DNA of 64,000 nucleotides from contig NW_021836170.1 of assembly GCF_006345805.1 (NCBI RefSeq), positions 4,480-68,479 of the forward strand. The letters are read 5' to 3'. Below the pieces are notes generated by a model. The model did no database searches, was not told the origin of the DNA, and saw nothing but the letters and a program-made list of their open reading frames with translations. Origin of the DNA: Octopus sinensis. Taxonomy: Eukaryota. Shown piece by piece: positions 26,146 to 37,113 of this stretch. How positions within the stretch are numbered: position 1 is the first letter of the stretch; each line of letters begins with the position of its first letter. A program made the translations under genes and the position numbers.

Positions 26146-27308
26146 CCAGGGCCCATAGGTGTCACGCAAACCATGTCACACCATAAAAGAAGAGGAGTTT
26201 ATAGACTTTACGTACTCTGAAAATACGAACTTTATGAATTTCTACAAAACAATAACGATGAAAATGACAAGTTGGACAATTTAATTATAGAAGATTGTCA
26301 AAGAAACAAATGTATCACACATCGAGACGCGATAAATGTGTTTCGGACCTCAAAAACATTTTTACATGACGATCATTTTAATGTGAATATGCTTGAAAGT
26401 TTAATAAAAATGCAAAAAAATAGAGAAAATATCAGTCAAAAAAACTATTAATGATTACTTAAAATCTTGGTTTTTTAATAAATGTTTCAGATATTTATTT
26501 AAATGTTTAGAATCACTTAAATAGGTAGTTAAAATTATACAAAAATTTTTTTGATAGAAAATAGGATATTGATTGTTTCATATATTTCTCTTTGTGTTGT
26601 TAGAAGGCGTGTTTATGATACAGACTTAAATCAATTCATAAGTAAGCGTCCTAATGTCAGAATTTTTAAATTCTTTATCGTTGTCTAATTATAAAATCAT
26701 AGAAGATCCATGTTCATGAAATATGCTTTTTAATTAAAATGCAACCTAAATCTTAATAATAAATTGGTATGGTGTGTGTCTGTCTATGTGTATGCGCACA
26801 CCAACTTCAAATTAGCAAAATACAGATAAACTGTCAGAATCCTTTCCCATTATAATTAGCTAATATCGGAGAAATAGTCCAAAACGAGGAGGCCCTCCAA
26901 AAATCGAACGTATTAAGAATATCCCCGATAATGAGGTCTTTAAAATTTTCCCGACAAAAAATGAACAACAAAGATCCCAAATCCCTATAGGTGGTGACAG
27001 GTGCAGCGGTTATTGTTTAATAATAATAATAATAATTGAAAAAAACTGCATGATAAAACGTTTGCTAGCTAAAATTAATTTTTAAAAATAAAGTCAATTT
27101 GTTCCAATAATTTTTGTTATGATCAACTACATAGATTATTTACTTTCAATTTTCAAAAAAAGTTAATTGAACAGGTTTTGTATTAAAAAACATTTATTTA
27201 TAAAGAAAACTAACATCTTATAAAAATTTATTTTTCAAATTATTTAAATTGTTAAAAATTTTGAGAATTTTTTTCACTATATAAATTAATTTTCGCCGTC
27301 CGATTTAA

Positions 27309-28700
27309 ATGATTTTTGGCCCTGCAGACATTGCTGTGTTTTCGTTAATTCCGATACTGCCTATTGTCCAAATTGTCATTGAGGCACTAATGCGGAAATT
27401 GCCAGTAATTGCACATCTTCAGCCTATATAGGGAAATTTTGAGCGGTATTTGGTCGGGGATCGGAATCTCCATCTAATTCCATGCACATTGTCACTAATC
27501 GCGAACTTTCAATCCGCAATTTTTATTACAGGAGTTGTTTACGAAACCTATATGACCAACTTCCACTTTTTCTGGCTTGCTTTGGGATACATTCCAGGAG
27601 CTCTAATTTCTGGAGAATTGTTAATTCCTCATTTTTTCAAAAATAAGATCTTAAATGGATTTCAGGTCCTCATTTTTATTTTTTTTAGATTTTTACAAAT
27701 CGGTTCAATTCTGAGCTCATAGAACGGGCAGTCAGTGTGGTTTATGTTTTTCAAACTGTAAACACTACCAAACATTTTATAGGTCGTTTATCTCTCTGTC
27801 GTTATGTATGTTCCTGCAAATTTTCTCCGTCTCAGTATGATTGACTAAATAATTTGCCAGTAGCTGGAATTGATCTTTATGCGTCTATTCTGATCATTTC
27901 TGGGATTTGCGTAATCTACACGACAATTGTCAGAATATTCGTATCTATATTAGGGAGGCGTCAGGTTGGTAATACTGTCCGACATGATCCAAATGATTTT
28001 CATCGCAATTGGAATTCTAGTTATTTTAGCACTGTCGACATCAAAAGTCGACAAATCGTTCCATCAAATTCTTAATGAGGCTGCTCAAAATACTGAATTA
28101 AACGGATTCGGGTCTGAATTGTTACTTATAGTTTTAGAATATTCCAAAAATTGATTTTGGCAATTTTCCTCACGTCAAGCATTTATGGGTCCAATCAGAC
28201 CATGATTCAACGCTACTTAGGTTTGGGGTCCGTGAAGAAGGCTAAACTGTACGAATCCTATTCTATTAAAGGGCGTTGTATTTACACTTGCTCGGAAATT
28301 GTACGTTTTTCACTCTTTGTGGATTTATTGGGATCGTAGCTAAGCAACTAGTTACTAAGGAGATGTTAAAGGAACAAAATTTAACAAAATTCGACGTTTA
28401 AAGTTTTGATAAATTTCTAGATCTTGTTCTATCTTGTAACTAACGTTCTTTCAAAGTATAAAGGACTGGCTGGGCTTTTTATTGGGACATTATTCTCAGC
28501 CGCATTAAGGTAAATTTTCTTGAAAAGTATTAGTACTTTGTCTTCGGGGTTAAACTCCGTGATCTCTGTAAAAGTGGAATGTAGAAAACCAAGATTCAAA
28601 ATCCCTTCTAATTTTGCGAATTTTGTGTATGTATTTCAGTTTATAATGATAGGTTTTGTTTTTGGAGTGCTTGTTTCAGGGCTGTCCCTCACACCTATGC
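27309..28700 (+). CDS. SLC5 sodium:solute symporter (SLC5A6/8/12-like), 3' part missing
   Basis: MIFGPADIAVF..YLVGDRNL..PCTLSLIANFQSA..; GGV..VILSD..Q; SNQTMIQRYL; GLAGLFIGTLFSAAL|STLSSGLNSV. Homology stops where the inverted copy begins. Confidence 0.85.
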
Positions 28701-28744
28701 TTAGAACCGCTCAATCTCAGCAGATTGCGTTTATTATTCTAAGC

Positions 28745-30968
28745 AAAACTATAAGTAACAATTCAGACCCGAATCCGTTTAATTCAGTATTTTGAGCAGC
28801 CTCATTAAGAATTTGATGGAACGATTTGTCAACTTTTGATGTCGACAGTGCTAAAATAACTAGAATTCCGATTGCAATGAAAATCATTTGGATCATGTCG
28901 GACAGTATTACCAACCTGACGCCTCCCTAATATAGCTACGAATAGTCTGACAATTGTCGTGTAGATTACGCAAATCCGAGAAATGATCAGAATATACACC
29001 CAAAGATCAAATCCAGTTACTGACAAATTATTTAGTCAATCATACTGAGACGGAGAAAATTTGCAGGAACATACATAACGACAGAGAGATAAGCGACCTA
29101 TAAAATGCTTGGTAGTGTTTACAGTTTGAAAAACATAAACCACACTGACTGCCCGTTCTATGAGCTCAGAATTGAACCGATTTGTAAAAATCTAAAAAAA
29201 TAAAAAATGAGGACCTGAAATCCGTTTAAGATCTTATTTTTGAAAAAATGAGGAATTAACAATTCTCCAGAAATAAGAGCTCCTAGAATGTATCCCAAAG
29301 CAAGCCAGAAAAAGTGGAAGTTGGTCATAAAGGTTTCGTAAACAACTCATGTAATAAAAATTGCGGATTTAAAGTTCGCGATTAGTGACAATGTGCATGG
29401 AATTAGATGGAGATTCCGATCCCCGACCAAATACCGCTCAAAATTTCCCTATATAGGCTGAAGATGTGCAATTACTGGCAATTTCCGCATTAGTGCCTCA
29501 ATGACAATTTGGACAATAGGCAGTATCGGAATTAACGAAAACACAGCAATGTCTGCAGGGCCAAAAATCATTTAAATCGGACGGCGAAAATTAATTTATA
29601 TGGTGAAAAAAATTCTCGAAATTTTTAAAAATTTAAATAATTTGAAAAATAAATTTTTATAAGATGTCACAGTCGGATAAATGGACATGCGAATAAATGG
29701 ACACTTTCAAAATTTCATTTTTAAGCAATATTACCATACAAAATACATGTTAATTTTTTCCAAATCTCACTTTAAACACATTTTTAATAATTTTGGTACC
29801 TGTTGAAAAAAGCAGGGTCTCGAAAAAACCAACATCCCACTGACATCAACAATTTTTATTGATTATCGAGAAATCTATTTGATTTTTGGTTAACCATTAA
29901 AAAATAATGATTTAAAATTGTAAATAAATCTGTTAAAATTGAGATAATAATTAAAATTTACATTAGAAAATAGAAAAAAATTCTAGATTCCATATAAAAG
30001 CTTCGTCTGCTCCTAATCCTAACTCAAATCTTAAACAATTAACCCAAACCCTATGCGGGCTTCCAATTCTTAAAAAAATTTTTTTTTTTTTTGAAACTTT
30101 ATATCTTTGTTATGAAAGCAAGAAAGAAATTAAAGATAGCTAAAAAATTTAGATGAAAAATTTTAAACAAAATCGTTAGCTCATCTAAAATACCCAAGAG
30201 AATTTATCGTTAATTTCAGAATATCTGCATAGATCAATGAGATCTGGTATATACATTTCCATTTTCAAAGCAATACCTCAGCTTCAACTCAATGACATTC
30301 TAAAAGCCAACCCAAACACTAACAAAACCCTAACGCTAAAAATAATTAAGCCTAACCCTAACCAAACCCTAACGCTTAACGTAACCAACCCTAAACCTAA
30401 TTGTACCAATCCAATTAATTTCAAACTTTTACTAAATCCTAATTTTTAAAACCAACTCTAACTTGACAGAAACTCCTATTAAGCCCTAACTCAGCGGTTC
30501 TGGTCGCAATCGCAATTTGGCTGAATTTTTAATAAAGAATACATTTCTATTTTCAAAGCATATGTTTTTCGCAAGCTGCTTTAGCCTAAATCGTTGTTTT
30601 CTGCTGGGACTGTCGTATAATGAGTTTTCTTCTTGGTTTTCTCTGATTTTTTTGATTTTTTCAAGAATTTCTTTGCTGAGCTTCACAATACGCATAGTTC
30701 CACGCTTTTTTTATAAATTAAAAAGTACAATATTTCTCTAAAATATTTAACTAATTGTTAATATTGATGTATAAAATAACTATTGATATATTTTTTAAAT
30801 ATTTTTAAGCTAGGTGTCTATTTATTCGCGTGTTTATTTATCCGACTGTGACATAAGATGTTAGTTTTCTTTATAAATAAATGTTTTTTAATACAAAACC
30901 TGTTCAATTAACTTTTTTTTGAAAATTGGAAGTAAATAATATATGTAGTTGATCATAACAAAATTATT
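28745..30968 (-). pseudogene. Inverted duplicate of the SLC5 5' half and upstream region (mirror of about 27106-28135), interrupted by a 1.19-kb insertion
   Basis: Reverse-complement match with scattered substitutions (e.g. AGIDLYASILIISG versus TGFDLWVYILIISR). Confidence 0.88.
29665..30853 (-). mobile_element. Non-autonomous Ginger-like element with telomere-like CCTAAC/CCCTAA tracts
   Basis: TIR TGTCACAGTCGGATAAAT..., TSD TAAGA. The empty site TTTTTATAAGATGTTAG is visible in the left arm at about 27208-27225. Contains a short integrase N-terminal-like ORF (30486-30695). Confidence 0.8.
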
Positions 30969-30974
30969 TTTTAG

Positions 30975-31270
30975 GCTGTGTAGTGCGCTGTTTGCATGTG
31001 TTTTACGCATTATCACGTCTTGATCGCCTCTAAATAGGGATCTAAGTTTCTTAACTTTTCGCCAATGTTCGTCCAGCTTAGACTTTTATTTGACAAGTTC
31101 ACTAAATTCTGTTTTCTCCACATTTACATTTAGGAACGACTCAGCAAGTTTATTTGCCATCACTTCCAATAGGCATTCTAGAGCATTCCTGTCGGAGGAA
31201 ATAATATTCACATCATCTGCGTATGCCGCCACATTGATCTTTCCTTTATAGTATAGTTTTAATTCTCCAG
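30975..31270 (-). mobile_element. RTE-clade LINE fragment
   Basis: AAYADDVNIISSDRNALECLLEVMANKLAESFLNVNVEKTEF, near-identical to 1704 and 45560. Confidence 0.85.
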
Positions 31271-31639
31271 ATAGAGGATTCGTCAAGGAATTTTGTAAGG
31301 ACATCCATAAATTTTTGACGATTCATCAAGTTAATGCGGGCACATTCCTATTTATATTTAATGCCACTATTCTATCACTTTAATCTAAGAATTTAAGGCC
31401 CAGTTTTCTACATAAACAACGTCTCTCGCTTTTAAATGAAAATAATGTGCCATATTTAAAGGAAACTGCTCAGTGTTGCAATATTTAGAGGAAACTGCTG
31501 AGCGATCCGTACAGACTACTCTCCATAACTAATTATAACTTTATTTTTTTGTAAAATTCGGCAAAACCCAATTTAAACAATCTTGGAAAAACAACAAAAG
31601 AAAATTAAACATTCCTTGTTCCAGGTTTAGTATCTTTCT

Positions 31640-31890
31640 TTCACTCTCTTCCAAAGTCCTTAATAATAAAGGAGTACATAATATACCTAAAGCAGGATCC
31701 TCTTGACTGACGCGGGTATGCCGAAAGGATGTCCGCCCTGTTCTGAACAACACAAACGAGTTATCGCTACTCTTGCAGGTTAAAAAATATTTAGCAAGCA
31801 TATCTCTGCGAATCGTGTTGTCCACCTTGCGGACCGCAGAGTGACTTAAAAGATATTTCGGTGGCAACTCAGGAGTTACGTTTTGAAGAA
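31640..31890 (+). mobile_element. CRE-family fragment
   Basis: GACCGCAGAGTGACTTAAAAGATATTTCGGTGGCAACTCAGGA is similar to 19619-19665. Confidence 0.45.
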
Positions 31891-32439
31891 AATAACAGGT
31901 TTATTATTTTAGAAAAAGACATTGGTATTTATTGTGGTATCCATCCGTATCTCTAGGAAATCATTTGCATCTGTAGAATTTACTGACTATGTCTAAGCCT
32001 CTTTGATCTTTGAATATCATATCAACGACAAAGCCGAACGTGAAAGTATCTAATTGCTTTATTATGTCGTTTATTTATTTATCAGGACCAAAAACACCGT
32101 CATAACAATAATTAACTATTTCAGGTGATCCCAGCCTCTTTTAGAAACCTTCGCATCTTTTCTCTGTTTTACAGCGCATTGTCTAAGAGGTCGGGGATCC
32201 CGAAAATTGACTTTTTTCCTGGGGTCTCCACCGTTTTCTTTCACAATTTCTTCTAGTCCCTTTGGTTGAATTTGATTACCCGTGACATTCGCTAGGAGGT
32301 TTACAATCTTCATTTGAATATTGTCAATTTTTTGACATTTGTATATGCTAGATTGCTTCCCCATACTGTACATCCGTAAACAATTGTTGGTTTAATTTAT
32401 TGGGTGTATAGAGACTCTAATCCGTAAGTTCCTTTGGCG

Positions 32440-35130
32440 TCTTCCAAGTTTCCAAGAAATGCTTTAAGAAAGTTTAGTTTCTTATTCCATTTCTTCAACA
32501 CGTTTTCCGTATGAATAGTAAAGGTTAGAAAGGTGAAATGAAGTGGTTTCAAAAAGTAAATTACAATCTTCTAAATTATTGCATTTTTTCATTTGTAGGA
32601 AATTATTCATCATTTTTTCATCCAGGTACGATGAACAAAATTCTGCAAATAATTGATTAAGTTCCTCACCCGTTCTGTGTGATAGGAAGCTAAGAATGAT
32701 CGCGCTGAAGTCGGACAATCTGAATAATGATACCGTCCTCTTAAAATTTGACACATTCAGATTCCGAGTCACTCTATCTGGTAATAGAAACAGACTGCTG
32801 ACCATCTAGCCTCACGATGTGTTAGCAGTGATTATTTTCGAAGACATAATGAAGTGGTTAAGTGTATTCATCTTCAGTTACAGTGACTCCTCTGAAATCG
32901 GCCATTTTTGGTTCCACGTGTTTTTGTGGTCAATTCGAGAAATGGCCAATTTGAGAAATAAAATCAATCTTTTGTGTAAATTAAATTTTGAATAAGAACA
33001 ACTTTTATCCAGAAAATTTTAAGTAATTAAGCATTATTAATGTTCTTAAAGTAGAATTGGATGCCCATCTGCTTTTTTTGAGTTTTAATGACATTTTCCT
33101 TATAGCGCCTTATGGATGTAATCAATTGAACTTCATGTTCGTTCTCAATGTTTTTTAGGAGGTCGTTTTTAATTTTAGTTAACTTAACCACAATGTCTTA
33201 TTTGTCAATTGAATCATTGGATTCTACTTCATTGGATTCTACTTCAGCTTCTACTTCTTCTTCATTTTTTATATTTTCAATATCCTCAACGTCTTGAAAT
33301 GTATCATTTTCAGAATATTCAAAATTAAGAAATTCTTCGACTTCTAAGGGATCAAAAATGTCAGTTTTTTCTACTGCAATATCTTGAACTTCAACTACAT
33401 GATTCTTTTTGAATGGGTTGCTTAAAATTCCAAAACAATTTGCAATCGTTTTTTCAGACACATCTTCCCAAGCCATTTTTACGAAAATTACAGTATCCTT
33501 TAGAGTTAACTTTTTGTAGGAACTGTATACTGAAATATTTTGCTGTTCCAACAAATCAGTCAAATACATTAACTTGTGTCGAGTAAAATGTGTTTTAAAT
33601 GTTTTTATTATACCCAAATCCACAGGTTGAATAAGACCAGTACTATTTGGAGGAAAAAACAACATTTTTATGTTATCCAAATTTGATGGAACACAATGTG
33701 AAGGACAATTGTCCATGAGAAGTAAAATTTGCTTTTTTTCATTTTTGAGATGGTAATCAAAGTTAGTAAAAATTGTTCCTGTCATCCAAGCCAGTTAGTA
33801 AAAATTGTTCCTGTCATCCAAGCTCGTTTTGAGCTATAATAATCAATGAAACATTTATAGTCATAAGATTTAAAGCATCTTGGCATTTTAGGTTTCGAGA
33901 TCATCACAGGTTTCAATTTATGATTTCCACTCATATTTGAACATAGCATAATAGAAACAAGATCTTTGAAATTTTTATATCCTTGAAATCTGTTTCTACA
34001 AATACTCTTCGAAGGAATCAGCTTGTAATACAATCCCGTTTCGTCCAAGTTATAAATTTGATCGGCATTATAACTCTTTGATATTTCTATGAATTTTTCG
34101 ATAAATAAGTCGACATCTACTGGATCATTAGTTCTCATTTCTCCATGTAACTTGGTCATTCGAAAACCATGCCTCTTTTTGAATTTATGAAGGTATCCAT
34201 TTGAGTTTTTAAAATTATCCAGTTTTAATTCAGACGCGAATCTATCAGCCAAATACTGACATGAAACATCTTCATTTTGATTTTTATAAGTTAAAATCTG
34301 TATTTTTTGATAAAAAGTGAGACGAGTATAATTACCACGAGAATTGTTCGAAGACATAAAATAACTGAAATTTTATTAATTTGCAAATTATATAAAATAT
34401 ATTTTAAAATTTATGGTCAATTTGAGAATTGGCCACTTTCAATGGAAATTCGAATTTTTCTTAAGATAATTTTATAAGTGTGGTCAATTTCAGAGGTGGC
34501 CAATTTCAGAGGAGTCACTGTATATCGAATGTATAGAATTAAACAAAGCAGGAAATTGAAAGGACATTCAATAATGTCGATCCAAAATGTTGAAATCAGA
34601 GTTGATACGTCAATTATGTTTTAAACGAAATTCCAATTCAATAAACCTGACATTTTGTGTATGACAAGAGGGAAAAAGAAATAAATTAATCGAAGTAGCA
34701 ATTACCTTACAAGAGCGTTTTAAGCAAGTTGAAGTGGAGAAATTTCACAAATAAGACCTGCTTGTAAAAGAACTGTCGGTCTTTCGAGAAGCAAAAATAA
34801 AGATTATTCCAATTGTCTTGACATGGGATGGAGTTGTGTCAAAGTTCTTTAAAAGTCACATTGATAAGTTATCCATTGAAAAAGAAACTAGAAATACATC
34901 TAGTCGGTTTTGCTGAATAGGACGCTGGAGAGTATGTTAATTGAACACTCACACGGAGTGAAGATAGACAACAAAGAGTACGTCTCTTCCACCAATCAAC
35001 TTGCGGAGTTGGCATGCCGCAAGGACACTCAGGTGAACATAAACCTTGACACAGAAATGGGAAAAGAAAAGAAGATTGACAAACTTTTTTTAAGCGAAGA
35101 AGGGAAATCATCTGACGATCTGGATTCTTA
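32440..35130 (+). mobile_element. R4-like non-LTR element split by a Tigger insertion
   Basis: Removing 32881-34520 and one TA restores the in-frame RRHNEVVKCIHLQL-YRMYRIKQSRKLKGHSIMSIQNVEIRVDT, followed by NKPDI, IEVAIT, QVEVEKFHK, PIVLTWDG, RTLESML. Confidence 0.85.
32881..34520 (-). mobile_element. Tigger/pogo DNA transposon; transposase frameshifted by a 32-bp internal tandem duplication (33761-33823)
   Basis: TIR CAGTGACTCCTCTGAAAT with TA TSDs. CENP-B-like region, NLDETG, AWMTG, LLMDNCPSH, FFPPNSTGLIQPVDLGII. Confidence 0.95.
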
Positions 35131-35199
35131 GATATTTCAAAATAGAATTGACATTTATTGAATAAAGAATTTTTTAAGTTTATTGGATCATCTCTCAAA

Positions 35200-35560
35200 A
35201 ATCCTGAAGCAAGTTGAGGTGGAAAAGCTCTATTAATACGATTTGCCTGCCAGTGAACTAAGAGTAATCCATTACGCCAATGTATATTACCATTAGTATT
35301 GACATGGGAAGGTATTGTGAGTAAATTCTATAAACATCTCTACGACTCAATCGGTCTCGAAGAACCCACTCGAGCTTACATTAAGCCGGTGGTTATTGGG
35401 AAAACATTGGAGAGTATGCGTACAGAACACACGTTTGGAATAATCCCATATGAAGAATCTTAAAAGATCGGGTTAAGAAGTACAACAACGAGAAAAGCTT
35501 TGCCGACTAAGGCCATTCAATCGGACCTGAGAATGACCACAGACGAGGCCGGCCTTGTGA
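35200..35560 (+). mobile_element. Second R4-like REL C-terminal fragment
   Basis: KQVEVEKL..YDL..SEL..PLVLTWEGIVSKFYKH..KTLESM. Confidence 0.7.
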
Positions 35561-35691
35561 GATGCGTGAGTATGCCCATCAAAGAGATATGCTCTGGCTT
35601 GAAGAGATGGAGAATCGACTGAAAGCATATGCATTAGTTAGAAATTAATCATTAATTGTTTTATTTTTAAAATTTTTTTTTATAAAAGACA

Positions 35692-36655
35692 ATGTTATCT
35701 GTATCCTATAACGATACTTTTTATGCTGTTTATAGTTTTTATTTTCAACAAGGAAACTCATTAAATGATTTTCGAAGTGATCTAAAGAGTCAGCCAAATA
35801 CATACTATGACAAAAGTTCAACAAACAGAATCATTTCTGGTGGCGCACATCCAGAATTTACAGGTTTTTTGTTGTTTTCCAAGATTGTTAATCGGATTTG
35901 ATAAAAACTATGTATACTTTATAGATCAAACGCGTAATCATATGCGGTGTAAATGACGTCATTATTGCGCAGGTCGGTAAATACGTAGATTTTACCATAA
36001 AATAAATATCTTACGATTTGTAATAATTTCTAAAAATGGTAAATATCATTATTTCACTGACATTAGGATTGTGACCAAAACAACGATACTTTATTATTGA
36101 TAACAAAATTGTTTGACAGCAAAATTGTTAAAAAAATAAAATGCTCTTTCAAAAATAGAATTAAGAATGGACTGATTTCTGACATTGAAATTCCAATCGA
36201 AGATAAAAAAATTATATTGTCACATAGATTTTCAGCTCTGCTTCTCCTCGAATCTTTCTACTTATTTCCTATCATTTGTTTCCCGAAAATTTTTTTAAAT
36301 TTCCACATATTCCCGCCAGATTTTATACTCAGCCTCAAAGCTATTTACGAGTTTTTAAATATAATGTCACTTATTTCCTCTGACTATCATCAAATTTACA
36401 GAATAATAATGAGCGAATATGGTTAAAATACTACATTTATATTTAGATGCGAACACGTACTTTGAAAATGTCAATTCTTTAGTATTTGATGAATTTTTAG
36501 AACACATCCATATCCGGAGATACAGCAGTCTCTGTTTCTACAATCAGGTGATCTCCGTAATTGGAATTCTCATCAATATGGATATCCATATTCTTAATGA
36601 CGTCTTTCATGTTACTCAAGAAGATTATGATAATATTTTTTCAATGAAAATTTAA
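35692..36655 (+). CDS. Possible lineage-specific multi-exon gene, unidentified
   Basis: Consecutive ORFs (35692, 36097, 36419) separated by GT..AG-bounded AT-rich gaps. No recognisable motif and the exons could not be joined with confidence. Confidence 0.3.
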
Positions 36656-37113
36656 TATTTTACTATAAAATTTACTATAAAATATACTTTTTGAGATTTT
36701 TAATGAAAAAGTTTTTTATATTTATTTTTCAAAAATTAAAGTTTATTTGAACTAAACCAGCGGTTCTCAACTTTTTTTAGACTGGGGACCACTTTTGCAC
36801 TATAAAATTTTGTGGGGACTACCTTAAATAAAATAAACATTTTTTGGTATTAGCGCACAATTTTTGGCCTCGTCAGGGCCAGGTTTAGACATGTTCGAAT
36901 ATTTATTATAAAAATAACATGAACATTATGAAAATAACAGAAAATTTTATAGTAATTTAGTGAGATTTCTGATCTTGTTTGCTCAGAATAATTTTACTTA
37001 TATCAGGCTCTATGTTCGACAAAGCTACTCGCATATCATCTTGTCCCGTAGTCTATTTCTATATTTTGTTTTTAGAAAAGTCAGACACGACATCGCCATT
37101 TCACAGTGATAAG

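Noticed and set aside
30010-30490. Interstitial telomere or chromosome-fusion site
   Set aside because: The repeats are degenerate and lie wholly within a TIR/TSD-bounded transposon.
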